A DNA stretch of 64,000 bases from Clostridia bacterium (GCA_900768805.1 CAAGEF010000115.1:11407-75406); one strand, 5' to 3'. Positions 19,144-30,417 are shown, numbered from the stretch's first letter. Translations and numbers: made by a program. Notes: generated from the sequence alone by a model not told the origin.

Positions 19144-20920
19144 CAATCTGTTACTTTCAGTCTTTTGACTTACTGACCTATTAAATAGGCGATATGTCAT
19201 TTCTGGCATATTCTCACATTTCATAAAAAGATTATATTGTGAGTTCAGACTGTATATTACAACCTCTTGTCTTCTAATTAAATAGAAGAGTAGGTTGGAT
19301 AACTTCACTATATATGTTACCATATAAAGCCCGCAGTCGTTACGGATAATGTAATATTATTATTTTGGATGGGGATTATCCTACTTTCTTTTTTATTAAA
19401 TGTCTATATTCACTAATTTCCATATCTTGATATGGAATTAATAATTCTTTACCTAAAAATAAACTACCTTCTTTATAATTCCAATTAAAAGAATGATAGT
19501 TTTCTAAAAAACCATTATTTTTAATATATTTTAATATTAAAGCTTCACATAAATCAGGAAATTCATTTATATCTTTTTCCCATAAATATATTAATATTTT
19601 CATGTGTTAAAATATAAGTCTTTTTTTGCTTATCTTTAGTTATTGTTCTACTTTGTAATTCATTTATAGAATGTTTATTTTCATTATATTTTAATGGAGA
19701 ACTATGCTAATAATCACCCATTACTTCTATAATCAGATTGAATTTTGGCGAATAATTATCAACAGCGTAATATTTTATTATGTATTCTCGTTCAAATTTT
19801 ATATTATTTTTATTTAATATATCATTTACTTTTAATTGTATGCCAGTTTCTAATCTATTTGCTTTTCTAGAATTTTTTAGAATATTTATTCTAGCTTTTT
19901 CTTTTTGTTCTTCCGTAAATATGTAATTATGCATTATAGATTTTTCACCTACATAATATTTACTGCGATATTTCCAATAACATTCTTGACTGCAAAAATT
20001 ATGACTATCTCCATATGTATTTTTCTTATTATAATCATATGGTATTATTTTTATATTTTTCCACAATTAGTACATGTTGTCTCTATACGATTATAAAATT
20101 GACTATTTTCACCATGTCCTATTTTATTGGTTTTATCATTCCAATAACATTCTAAACTACAATATAAATATTTATGTATTTTATATACATTAGGTGGATT
20201 TATTACTTCTTTTCCACAATGTTCACATTTTGTCTTTACTAAGCACTTCTTATTACCAATTTTCAAAGTACAAAATAAATTTACAGTATCTTCTAATGAA
20301 CGATTTATTTTATTAGCTAAATTATTAATATAAATTGATTCCTCATATAATAAAAAATATAATGTTATTAAGATTTCACTTTCCGAAAAACCTTCTACTT
20401 TTGGTATACCATTGTGGCGTTTTATCCATTCACATACATTACATTTAGTTATATCTCCATTTTTATATACTTTTTTATAATACATATGCATTTTTGGAAC
20501 TTTGTGTCCACAAGTTTTACAATATAATAAACCTCTATAATTTTCAAATTCTTCTTTTGTCATAATAACATCTCCTGAAATTTATAATTATCTTGTTTTT
20601 TGTCTCATATAAAAATAAAAATCCAATGCTTCATGCAATTCATTGGATTCTTCAAATAACCAATATTCATTTGTGTTTTCTAAAATACTTTCTCTTTCAA
20701 AACCAAGAGAATATAAATATTTAGACAATCTTTTATTTTTTATTTTATATTTATTGTTCATACTAATATTTCCCCATATTTAGTATTAATAATTATATAA
20801 TATTACATTCTTTCCTCGGTTTTACCCATCTCTGGCTTTTAACCGATATAGTTATCTACTAGGATATTAATAATGATTAAAAATATCCCCATACATTACT
20901 GTATGTTTAGGCATAATTTT
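19144..20920 (-). other. group I intron 1 in tape measure gene (1777 nt)
   Basis: Exon 1 ends GAAGUAGGU and the intron begins AAAAUUAU-GCCUA. This gives P1 UAGGU/GCCUA with a U.G pair at the splice site, and P10 AUUAU with exon-2 AUAAUU. Then P2 CAUACA-GUAA-UGUAUG, P2.1 GGAUAUU...AAUAUCC, P4-P5 UCGGUU-AAAAG-CCA-GAGA-UGG-GUAA-AACCGA. ORFs sit in the P6 region. R-like ACGACUGCG and S-like AAUAUACAGUCU give P7 GACUG/CAGUC. P8 CUUCUA...UAGAAG, P9 CUCACA...UGUGAG, P9.1 CCUAUUUAAUAGG. Omega G at 19144. Confidence 0.65.
19376..20563 (-). pseudogene. intron-encoded DUF559/Vsr-like (PD-(D/E)xK) homing-endonuclease gene, fragmented into three ORFs
   Basis: 170-aa Cys-rich N-terminal ORF (20051..20563). 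A 119-aa ORF (19707..20066) ends ...GIQLKVNDILNKNNIKFEREYIIKYYAVDNYSPKFNLIIEVMGDY then TAG. It continues in frame HSSPLKYNENKHS..., then after a frameshift the 75-aa ORF (19376..19603) begins KILIYLWEKDINEFPDLCEALILKYI. Together these match the DUF559 motifs (VDF...IEVDG..H ... VLRFWE.dv). A frameshift also separates the 170- and 119-aa ORFs. Confidence 0.5.
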
Positions 20921-23900
20921 ACCTACTTCATTTAAAACGTCATTAATTTGCGATTTTTCTAAATCGTTATAAGCAGAACTCATTGCAACTAAAGCATCAG
21001 TAGCTTCATTTATACTTTCAAATTCAGATACTTGAAATAAAGTATTTGCATCTTGTGCTGATTTTTTAGCATCGTTTAATGATTCTCCAAGTCGCATAAA
21101 ATCAGCCGTACTACTTTGTATTGTACTAGCAGTAGTTCCTACACTATTTGCTAATTCAAAGCTTTCTTTTTGAAAATTTTTCAAAGTTTGAATACTATAT
21201 TCACTTACTTTATTCATTTCAGCAAGATTATTGTCATATTCTTTAATAATTTCAAAAACTTCTCGGCCATATCTTATTATATCATACATACTAAGATACA
21301 TAGATATAAAACTAGTAGTAATACTTTTAGTCCTTTTAGCTATAGAAGTAAAGAAAGAATCACCAGTTTTACCGGATTTTTGAAGCTGATAATTAAGATC
21401 AGCAAGTTCTTCATTTAATTCTCTAAATTGCTTTTCTGTACCTTTAGTATCAATTAACAATTGATATTTTTTTTCTAATGCATAAAATAATTGTTTTAAA
21501 CTAGAAGGCATAGCAGTATTGTCAGCAAGAGTCTTACGAATCTTTGACATTGTATCTCTAATTTCTTCTGGTTTTGCTAACTGGAATGCAAAATTCTTAG
21601 TTTGTGAATTGACTTCATTATATAATTTATCAATTTCTTGTTCTAATTTTTTTACATAATTTAGTTTTGTTTCATCAATATTTATTAAATCATAACTTTG
21701 CAATTCTTTGATTTTTGATTCTAATAAATCCATTTTTTCATAATATGCGTCAACATATTTGAAATCTTTTTTATTAGTGTAAAGTCTTTCATATTTTTTA
21801 TACATATTATTTGCATAATTTTTTACAGATTGCTCATAAGCTTTAGATTCACCATTTTGGAAAACTTGTCTTATACTTTCTAACTCTGCTTTAATATTAG
21901 AATTACCTAAATTTACAGTAGCATATTTTCCCTTCGCCAAATAAGCTTCTTCCCATTCCTTTTCAAGCTGTTCAAGCAAAATTTTTTCTTGAGGAATTAA
22001 AGAATCTTCATTACTTTTTAATATATAATAATCTTTTGACTGTTTAAGAAGTGTTTTATAAGCTTTTATAGCATCTTGGTTATGCTCAGTAGCAGTTAAA
22101 TCTTTATAAGAGCCAAGATTCATCTGTACTTCTTCTTGTTTAGCAGTATATTCTTTTTGTGTTTGTAATTGTTTTTCAGTTAAAACAGTAGTAGTTTTTA
22201 AAACTTGATTATATTTTTCTCTATTATTAATAAGTTCTTGAAGATTTTTTGTCTCTTGAGGTGTTAACGAGGTGAATTGAGATTTTGCCTGTAATTCTTG
22301 ATAAGACTTTTCAGTTTTTATTAAACCTTTATAAGCTTCAGAAATTTCATCAATTTTCTTTGTAGAATTATTAGTAGAAATTTCAGCGTTTCTCTTAGAA
22401 TCATTTTTGCTTGCTATAATATTGTCAATTTTTTCTTGATACTTATTTTTTATAGCAAATAACTCATTACTTTGCTTTTGTCTATCAATAATATCCTGAT
22501 AAACTTCCAATTCTTTTTTAGAAGCATTATAATTATTAATATGCTGTTTTTCTTGAGCTTTTAAAGTTGCAATTTCTTCTGAATTTTTTTGAGGATCTAA
22601 TTTTGAAATAGCAAGTTTTATTTGACAAATCTTTTCATATTCTTCTTTTTGCTTTTTTAGAAGATTAGTAGAAATTTCAGCGTTTTCTTTTTGTTTCCTT
22701 TTAGCATTTTCAGCATAAGCTTCTTGTTCAGCAAGTTTAATACTTTCTTTTAAAGAAGCATTATAAGCTTCTCTTCTAGCTTCATATTCAGCAATTAACC
22801 GTAGTTCATATTCTTGATTTCGATTATCATTAACTAATCCTTTTTCATTACGATATTCTTTTTCATCGCTAATTAACTCTTCATAGGAAGCAATCAACAT
22901 GTTATTATATGCTATATCTTCTTTTTGAGTTTTAGAATTAGTTTCTTTAGCTTTAGCATTTTTTTCTTTTAAAGAATAAATTTCTGAGATATATTTTTTT
23001 TCAATATTATAAGATTCTTTAGTTAATTTATCTTTTTCTCTTTTTTCTTCATTAGCAAAACGTTTGGCCTGTTCAGAACGTTCCTTTGCCATTTTTTTCT
23101 CAATATCTTCATAGCGAGTGGAATCTATATGACTTGAGAAAGAAGTATTATTTTTTAAATCATAATTAGTAGTCCAAGTAGTATTTTTTAATAAACCATC
23201 TAATTCCTGTTGTTCTTTTAAAACAGTTTTTACTAAATTATCTTGACTATCATAAAATTCCGTTATTTCTTTTATTGTAGACCCTTGTGCAGTTAAGTCA
23301 GATTCTAATTGTGCTGTTGCTTTTTCTAAAGATTCTGTTCTAGCAATAAGTTGAGCAGTAGTCATACTATTATCTGCTTTTGTAACATTACGAGTTTTAT
23401 GCTTTATTGCTTCTTTAGGGTCATCACTAATATTAGTAGCTGCTTCAGCAATTTTTCCACGATTTATTTCAACATTAGGTACTTTGATTTTATTATTTAA
23501 ATCTATTCCAGAAAATTTTGCGATATTATCTAATTGTTCTTTAATTATTTTTAAAGCAGAAATCAATTTACCAAGATAATGTGTTTCATTAGGAATAATT
23601 TTAGTAACATTAGCTTCTTCATTCTTAAATGCTTCTGTTTTTTCATTGACAGCATTAGTTATAGAGTCAACAGACTGTTTTATGGCTTCAAGTCCCTTAA
23701 CTTCATTACCTGTATCAGTAGTTTTACCATTTAGGACTTCATCAACTGTTAATCCTTTTTCAATAAAAGAAGAAATTTCTTTAAGCTGATTTATGACTTC
23801 TGTTAAATCTGTTTTACCAAACAAATCTTTTAATGGATCAGAATTAGAAGCAGTTTTTAATTCATTAAAGGCTTTTGTAACTTGTCCCATTGCTGCGGAA

Positions 23901-25408
23901 GCAGAAGTCCAATATTTTTTATCAATACTATTATATAAGACATCTTTTCCGTTATATTGAAGTTTAGCTTCTTTTCGCATATTTTCAATAAACTTTTGAT
24001 ATGCCTTTAATTTACCCATCATAGTATCATATTGATTAATATCAAAATCAAAAAAGTTTGTATTAATCATAGAACCGCCAGCACCTGAAAGTTTTAATTC
24101 ATCAAACAATTTTTGATATGCTTGTAATGCTAAAGAAATTTTAGATTGTATTTTTGCTTCAATTTCTTTATTCGAACCAACTTCAATATTCATATTTAAA
24201 TTAATACCTTTAAGACTATTACTTAAATCTGAAATAGCAGTATTAATTTTATCAATCGTATTTATAATTGGAGTAAGAGAATCATTAGTATTTCCGACTT
24301 CCACAAAAGCAGTTCGTATTTTTATAATTTCTTCGTGTAAATCTTTAAGAATTACTATAAGTGCATTAAGTTCTTTACCATTTTCACCGTTAGCAGTAGG
24401 AGTATAAGTATGGATAGCTTTTTGTAATTGTTCCTGAACAAATTCAATTTGATCAGTATATTTATGATAATCTTGAATACTATCTTTCATCCATTGTGTA
24501 TAGGATTCTTTATTATTACCTTTAGCTATTTCATTCTGATAATAAGTAGCACCCCATAATGCATCTTTCTGGTTTTGTTTTAATTCATCTAAGGCCTTAG
24601 AATATTTTTGAATATCTTCTAACTCATCATCCAAATCAATTTGCCAATCATAAACTTCACCTTTATTATGTTCTGCTTTTAACTTAGCTTCCATTTCTGC
24701 TTCAGTTAAAGTTTTAAATTGCTCAGTGACTTCTTCTACTGCTTTCGCTTGAGCATCATAAGCTCCGGTAGTAGAAGTAATAGAAGTAGTAAAAGTATTT
24801 TGAATATCTATTAAACTAGTTAATGTTTCTACGGTACTTTCCAATCCTTTAAAAGGTTTCGTTATTTCTGAGAGGTCAGGATATAATTTTTGTATATTCT
24901 TTAGTACATCAAAGATTTCTTTAAATTGACTAACATCTAAATTATAATTTTTAAAATTTGGTAATTCTCTCATTTGAGATACTAAGTCACTTATTTCTTG
25001 ACTTATTTCTGATATAGAGTTACTCTTACCAGTTAATGCTTCTAACGCATTTGCAAAAATTAAAACTTTTTTTGCAGATTTAGAATCTGCCAAATTATTA
25101 TCATTAATAATTCCAGCATTTCTTTCTTTAGCATATTGTTCCCATGCATTTTTTAATCTGTTAACTGCTTTTTCTTCAGTGGTAAAATATGAAGTCTTAG
25201 AATAATTTTTGTTTTTATTTATACATTTTTCATAAGATTCTAAAGCCTCTGTTAATCCTTCAATATCTTCTTTAGCCTTATAAATAGAAGAATCAGTTTT
25301 TATTTTTAATGTGGTTTCTGACATTGATTCAGAACCTTTTAATACTTCTCCAATTGCTTGAGCAATCTCTTTAGCAGTAGCACCACTTGTATTTATTCGT
25401 TCAGCCAT
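20921..25408 (-). CDS. tape measure protein, exon 1 (N-terminal ~1496 aa)
   Basis: Follows the chaperone-like genes. Long coiled-coil-rich protein. Its last residues ...INEATDALVAMSSAYNDLEKSQINDVLNEVG are the start of the TMP core motif, which continues exactly in exon 2 (NNYAIS...). The 9 codons after GGU (KIMPKHTVMYGDIFNHY*) are intron sequence. Confidence 0.65.
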
Positions 25409-25411
25409 ATT

Positions 25412-25975
25412 TTACCTCCTTGTCAAATATTTTTTTGTCATATTAGCCCATGTATTTAATTCCATTTCTTTTCCTTTTCCATTTATATATAAATTCCATT
25501 TTGTAACTATATTTTCATATGGAGAAACACTTCTTGCGGCAGGGGTACTCCACCAACTAGAATATTCAGGGACAGGAGTTCTCCAATAATTTTTTCCAGG
25601 ATTAGGATGATAAGGCCCGTCATCTGCTCCACCATGCCAACCTTCTTTAAACATTTTTTCGTAAATATATTCATTATCTACTCTATGATGTTTTTGCAAT
25701 AATTCTTCGCCCATTTCAAAAATTAGTTGTCCATCATTAGTTACATCAAGGTTATAAGCATTATATAAATCTTTTTTTCGATGTTTATATACCATTGGTT
25801 CATATTCTGCATAAAATCTATTTATTTCTTTCTCACAAATTTCTTTTGCTTTTTTATATTTTTGCCAAGCAATTTTCATCATTGTTTCATGAACAAATTC
25901 ATTTAAATGTTTTTTTAAATAAGTACTATCTTTCATAATAATCCTTCTATAAAAACAGCCTTTAGACTTTGACAT
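25412..25975 (-). CDS. hypothetical protein in the tail-chaperone position (187 aa)
   Basis: Immediately upstream of TMP. No motif recognised. Confidence 0.3.
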   Translation of the reverse strand: MSKSKGCFYRRIIMKDSTYLKKHLNEFVHETMMKIAWQKYKKAKEICEKEINRFYAEYEPMVYKHRKKDLYNAYNLDVTNDGQLIFEMGEELLQKHHRVDNEYIYEKMFKEGWHGGADDGPYHPNPGKNYWRTPVPEYSSWWSTPAARSVSPYENIVTKWNLYINGKGKEMELNTWANMTKKYLTRR

Positions 25976-26000
25976 CTAAAGACTATAAACTAATTTATAT

Positions 26001-26576
26001 TTATTTTTTCAAAAAATTTGATATAATTTCCATGACTTCTTCTATTTTGGTTTCATCATTTAGTATTTCAGCTAATTTTTCCATTCCAACACCAGCATAT
26101 ACTCCTAATTTTCTTGAAGCAAATTCAATTAACTGTGTAATATATGCTTCTGTTGAATCATTTTTAATATGCCATGTGTCTAATACTTCTTTTTGCACAG
26201 TAATTAACTCTTCAATGTCTGATCCAATAGCTGATATAATAGTATCTAATGCTCCTGTTGATTTTAATTCATCATAAGCTTCCCATGATAAAGGTTTTCC
26301 TTCCTCATTTTTTTCAATTTCTATATCTGTATAAATAGATAAAATTGCCATAATAAAATTTAATTTATTAATTGTCATATCTATATATTTTGTTTTACTT
26401 TCGACTACAGATTTTTCACACATAAGAGTTAAAACTTCTTTTTTTATAAGTAATGGAGCATAAGTCTTTGTTATATGACTTACAACATATTTATTAATTA
26501 ATTCAGGACTTGTTAATTTTTTATATCCTTTTACAAATTCTTTTACAGTTATTTTTTTAGTAGATTTATTACTCAT
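26001..26576 (-). CDS. tail assembly chaperone-like protein (191 aa)
   Basis: Position (second gene upstream of TMP), acidic helical character, and a slippery TTTTTTG/AAAAAA run at its 3' end. No productive frameshift product was found. Confidence 0.3.
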   Translation of the reverse strand: MSNKSTKKITVKEFVKGYKKLTSPELINKYVVSHITKTYAPLLIKKEVLTLMCEKSVVESKTKYIDMTINKLNFIMAILSIYTDIEIEKNEEGKPLSWEAYDELKSTGALDTIISAIGSDIEELITVQKEVLDTWHIKNDSTEAYITQLIEFASRKLGVYAGVGMEKLAEILNDETKIEEVMEIISNFLKK

Positions 26577-26608
26577 TCTTATTTTCTCCTTTTCATTCCT
26601 TTTTTATT

Positions 26609-26809
26609 TTAATAAGCTTTAGGAACGTTTAATAATAAACATTCTTCACATAATTCTTGTCCTTCATATTCATAAAGTTCTTTAGAATTAACTTCTTCTT
26701 TACAGCAATCGCAGTAATAGTGTATAGATTCTTTTAATCCACAATATATTCCTAAACAGGGATAACCTTCTGTATCACAATCGCAGCAATCATTTTCAAT
26801 TTTTTTCAT
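26609..26809 (-). CDS. small Cys-rich protein (66 aa, 14 Cys)
   Basis: MKKIENDCCDCDTEGYPCLGIYCGLKESIHYYCDCCKEE... Confidence 0.3.
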   Translation of the reverse strand: MKKIENDCCDCDTEGYPCLGIYCGLKESIHYYCDCCKEEVNSKELYEYEGQELCEECLLLNVPKAY

Positions 26810-26844
26810 GTTTTTTACCTCAAATAGTGAACCAAATCACCATT

Positions 26845-27408
26845 TTATTCTTTATATTTACTACATGTCATATCCTGTATTTCTTCCTGAATACGACCTT
26901 CTTTTGCTTTATTTAGAATAGAGCAATTACGAGAATGACGTTTACATTTTTTACATTTTTCTTCAAAGCATTCCAATTGTTCTTGATTATCAAAGATTCC
27001 TATATAATCAACAGGATATATAATGAGTTCTATACGAGGATTTTTTGCGTCATAATAAATCCTTTGTGGACGAAAAAGAACTACATTATCATCTTTCCAA
27101 ATTAACTGTGTTTCAGTAATTGTATCATCTAAGCATTTTTCGTAATTGGAACAGTCTTTGTCAATTCGATCAAAATAAAAAACAGCATCTACATTAAAAT
27201 GCTGTTTGTCATCAACTTCTTTGTTATAACCTTGAAGTTTAACTTGTTCTTCAATGATTTTTTTAAACTTTTTTTTATAATCTTTTGCTTCCTTTGTTTC
27301 ATATACTATACTCATTGGTTTTCCATTTTTAATAATGGTTCTTACACTTGTATAATGATTTACGCTAGGAGGCATAGGAGATATCAGTTTTAATACATTT
27401 TCTGCCAT
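26845..27408 (-). CDS. rusA: RusA-family Holliday-junction resolvase
   Basis: N-terminal LISPMPPSVNHYTS matches the RusA hallmark (PPSvNhy). Size is typical for RusA plus a C-terminal Zn-ribbon extension. Confidence 0.6.
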   Translation of the reverse strand: MAENVLKLISPMPPSVNHYTSVRTIIKNGKPMSIVYETKEAKDYKKKFKKIIEEQVKLQGYNKEVDDKQHFNVDAVFYFDRIDKDCSNYEKCLDDTITETQLIWKDDNVVLFRPQRIYYDAKNPRIELIIYPVDYIGIFDNQEQLECFEEKCKKCKRHSRNCSILNKAKEGRIQEEIQDMTCSKYKE

Positions 27409-27806
27409 TAATTAATACTCCCTTCTAATACAACTTGCATTGAAGAAGAAGTACCAATATTCCCATTTATTATTAATCTTCGTATATACATATTACATGG
27501 AATATCATATAATATTTGTTGCCCCTTACAATCATCTAATGAAAATCCAATTCCTTCAATCCATATTTCTTTTATCTTATTTTTTTTATACCCTTTAAAA
27601 TGATTTTGCAATTCTTTATTAAATAGAGCATTAGTGATATCTATTTCAGAACAATTTATAGAATCTAAATCTAAATTAAAGTCTGTAATTTCACTTAATG
27701 TTATTTTTGTATCATCTGTAAATAGTAAAATAATATTTTTAATTCTATCTAGTATAAATTGTTTGTTATTATTTGTTACTAATTTCATGTTCCTTTTTCT
27801 CCTCAA
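27408..27806 (-). CDS. hypothetical protein (132 aa)
   Basis: Intact ORF. Confidence 0.3.
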   Translation of the reverse strand: MRRKRNMKLVTNNNKQFILDRIKNIILLFTDDTKITLSEITDFNLDLDSINCSEIDITNALFNKELQNHFKGYKKNKIKEIWIEGIGFSLDDCKGQQILYDIPCNMYIRRLIINGNIGTSSSMQVVLEGSIN

Positions 27807-28221
27807 TAATTTTCTTTCTCAATTCATTACATCTCTCATAACTTGAAGTATGAAATAATCCATCCACATAATTTACAACTTCACCAAAATCTACTTTATC
27901 TCCCTTAAACCATTCTGTTTTTGGTATTCTTGCAAAATCATAATGGCTATGACAAGTTCCTTCTATAGAAGATAAATAAGTAGCTGGGGAACAGTATAAA
28001 GCTGTAATTTTGTTTCCTGCACCATTACTACCTGATAAACTTTTTAAGCGTTGTTCTATATTAGTTGTCTTACCAATTTTTACATTACCTTGTGGCATGC
28101 TTAACATTACATATATGTATAATTGTTCATTGTCTAATATTGGTATGTCTTTTAATAAATGCATATTTTCTTCTGTATAAATAATAGGAGAGTGTGATTC
28201 TCCTTGTTTTTTCATATTCAT
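27769..28221 (-). CDS. T5orf172 (GIY-YIG-like) domain protein
   Basis: YIYVMLSMPQGNVKIGKTTNIEQRLKSL matches the T5orf172/MUG113 motif (YhY....g.hKIG.T.n...Rl..L). Confidence 0.5.
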   Translation of the reverse strand: MNMKKQGESHSPIIYTEENMHLLKDIPILDNEQLYIYVMLSMPQGNVKIGKTTNIEQRLKSLSGSNGAGNKITALYCSPATYLSSIEGTCHSHYDFARIPKTEWFKGDKVDFGEVVNYVDGLFHTSSYERCNELRKKIIEEKKEHEISNK

Positions 28222-28238
28222 CTTTTATATCCTTTTAA

Positions 28239-28304
28239 TCCTTATTATCCTTATTATGTTTATTATATTTATAATATTATATATCCTTATTATCCTATTT
28301 ATCT
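28239..28304. repeat. direct repeats (A)TCCTTATTAT x4 next to integrase 3' end
   Basis: TCCTTATTATCCTTATTATG (28239-58) and TATCCTTATTATCCTATTTATC (28283-304), followed by the hairpin AAAGAGAG...CTCTCTTTT (28316-50). Confidence 0.4.
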
Positions 28305-28361
28305 TTTTAATTATAAAAGAGAGTAGTAATAAATTTTCTGCTCTCTTTTATCTGTATATTT

Positions 28362-29384
28362 TTATAAATCTTCAAGTCCTTTTACTTCTGAACCTTTAAT
28401 ACCATCTTTTGTAAAGAATTTACCAAAAGAATCAGAAGCTTCATTGTCATTGTAGATGTTTAGCATTTCTGAGCTACTCCACCCGAAATATTCTTGAATA
28501 ACATCTGCTGGTAAACCAATTCGAAATAGTCTAGAGCATAATTGATGTCTAAGAGCATGGAAATAAAAATCTCTACCTAAAATTTTTGAAATAGTATTGG
28601 TAAAGCTATTTAAAGTACTTACTTTTAAAACTTCATCAGTATTTTGTTTAACAAATAGATACTCATTCTTTAATCCTAATCCTTTTCTCTTATTCATCCA
28701 TAAATCAAAATATTTTTTAAAATCTAATAGTGTATATTTAGTTAAGGCTTTTCCTGCTGAACCTCTTCCTTTAGTTTTTATTTTCTCCGGCGTTTTATAT
28801 AAAGCAGCATCAGTCATAATATTAGAATCATCAAAATATGAAACTTTATATCTTAATAATTCTGATTTTCTAGCTCCACCAAAAGCAGCAAGAGCAAAAG
28901 CACAAGCACATTGCAATTTTCCTTGTTCTACTAAAGTATCAAGTATCATTTGTACTTCTTCATCAGTAATAATAGTTTTATCTCTAACTACTTGTTTTAC
29001 AGGAGATTCTACTTTTCTTATAATTGGTTTATAATTTTTAATTTCATCGTCTAAAATATTCTCAATGTAATTGCTCATAGAAGATAGAGCTGATTTTACA
29101 CGAGCTAGTCTATTAGAACTCCAATTCAAATCTGACATTGCATATTTTTGAAATTTTGCAATTTCTCTTTTTGTTAATTCAACAAAATATTTGTTATCAT
29201 TATTTTCTAAGTTCCAACAGAAAAATATGTCCAAATCTGAATTATATCCATTAATAGTTCCTTTACTACGATCAATAGAAATAAGGTAATCTAAAAAATC
29301 ATTTTTTAATTCAATATTTTTCTTATTAATTTTTTTTAATTTGTCTGGAGTAGTAATATTATTATAAATAGTAGTTCTTCCCAT
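28362..29384 (-). CDS. int: tyrosine recombinase / phage integrase
   Basis: C-terminal catalytic region ...FYFHALRHQLCSRLFRIGLPADVIQEYFGWSSSEMLNIYND (R..HxxR...Y). N-terminal SAM-like core-binding domain. Confidence 0.75.
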   Translation of the reverse strand: MGRTTIYNNITTPDKLKKINKKNIELKNDFLDYLISIDRSKGTINGYNSDLDIFFCWNLENNDNKYFVELTKREIAKFQKYAMSDLNWSSNRLARVKSALSSMSNYIENILDDEIKNYKPIIRKVESPVKQVVRDKTIITDEEVQMILDTLVEQGKLQCACAFALAAFGGARKSELLRYKVSYFDDSNIMTDAALYKTPEKIKTKGRGSAGKALTKYTLLDFKKYFDLWMNKRKGLGLKNEYLFVKQNTDEVLKVSTLNSFTNTISKILGRDFYFHALRHQLCSRLFRIGLPADVIQEYFGWSSSEMLNIYNDNEASDSFGKFFTKDGIKGSEVKGLEDL

Positions 29385-29421
29385 TTATTTTTCTCCTTTG
29401 TTGCATAAAAATAGAACAGTA

Positions 29422-29679
29422 TTATTCCTGTTCTATTTCATTTATAATTTCGTATGTAATTTCTACAGGTACTACAACCAAAAGAGTTTCTAGATCATTA
29501 GTATCACTTCTATAATAATTAATCATTTCATTTGCTAATTTTGAACTATTAAATTTACTACATCCTTCTATATCAGAAAAAGTATATTTTCCCCAATGTA
29601 AAGAACGTAAGTATTGAGTATTATTATCTAATGTTGCAATAACATATTTCCTAACCATCTTTTCTTTATATTTTGTCAT
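29422..29679 (-). CDS. hypothetical protein (85 aa)
   Basis: Intact ORF. Confidence 0.3.
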   Translation of the reverse strand: MTKYKEKMVRKYVIATLDNNTQYLRSLHWGKYTFSDIEGCSKFNSSKLANEMINYYRSDTNDLETLLVVVPVEITYEIINEIEQE

Positions 29680-29700
29680 AATTTTCCCTTTATATCTTTT

Positions 29701-29925
29701 TTAATCTAATTCATGATTACACCATGCTTGATATAATGGATAAGATTCTTTCCTATCAAAAATCATTACTAATATGTCATTACCAGTTTTTTCATCAACA
29801 CTTGTATATATATCTATTGGATATAAACCATTCTTAATATATAACAAATATTGTTTTGGATTTACAATTCGACATACTTCACATGATGAATAATCTCTTG
29901 GTTGTAAATTACTTTCTATTATCAT
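29701..29925 (-). CDS. hypothetical protein (74 aa)
   Basis: Intact ORF. Confidence 0.3.
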   Translation of the reverse strand: MIIESNLQPRDYSSCEVCRIVNPKQYLLYIKNGLYPIDIYTSVDEKTGNDILVMIFDRKESYPLYQAWCNHELD

Positions 29926-30027
29926 TTCCTTTTTCTCCTAAAAATAAAAAAAGGGGATATAATTACATGAATAGTAAATTATACCCCCTTAAAAATTTTA
30001 TATTTAAATCATTTAAATCACTATTCA

Positions 30028-30387
30028 TTATTCATTTTTTGTAACATTAGATTTTCTTACCATCTTGGGTGTTACACTTTTCCCTGTGTTTTCATCTTTT
30101 GTTTCATTTGTCTTTTTAATATTTCCATAAACCATATCAATAGCGTCAGAAATTTTATGATGAAAATCAATTTTATTTGTTAAATCACATTTATCAAATT
30201 TTTCTTTAGCTGCTTCTTTAGAAATTGCTTTTTCTAAAAAATCGGAAGCAGTTTCAAAAATTGTTTTGCAATTATCTGAACAATATAAAACATGCCAAGG
30301 TTCTTTATTTTTGTCCTCTTCACATGAAGGACAATATGAGTACTTTTTTGAGCATACAATACATTTTCTATTTTCTTTTCTTGCCAT
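30028..30387 (-). CDS. zinc-ribbon protein (119 aa)
   Basis: CIVCSKK...CPSCEE...CSDNC motifs. Confidence 0.35.
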   Translation of the reverse strand: MARKENRKCIVCSKKYSYCPSCEEDKNKEPWHVLYCSDNCKTIFETASDFLEKAISKEAAKEKFDKCDLTNKIDFHHKISDAIDMVYGNIKKTNETKDENTGKSVTPKMVRKSNVTKNE

Positions 30388-30417
30388 TTGCTTTTACTCC
30401 TTTCATAAATTTTAATT

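Noticed and set aside
19707-19709. TAG recoding or a suppressor tRNA explaining the in-frame amber in the intron endonuclease ORF
   Set aside because: None of the six tRNAs has a CUA anticodon. TAG scarcity as a stop is expected anyway in an AT-rich genome. The same gene also has frameshifts, so decay is the simpler reading.
25975-26010. Possible programmed -1 frameshift (gpG/gpGT-like) at the slippery AATTTTTTGAAAAAATAA run joining the two chaperone-position ORFs
   Set aside because: Shifting by -1 or +1 at that site meets a stop within 8 codons, and the downstream ORF's frame has a TAG immediately before its ATG. No fused product is possible.
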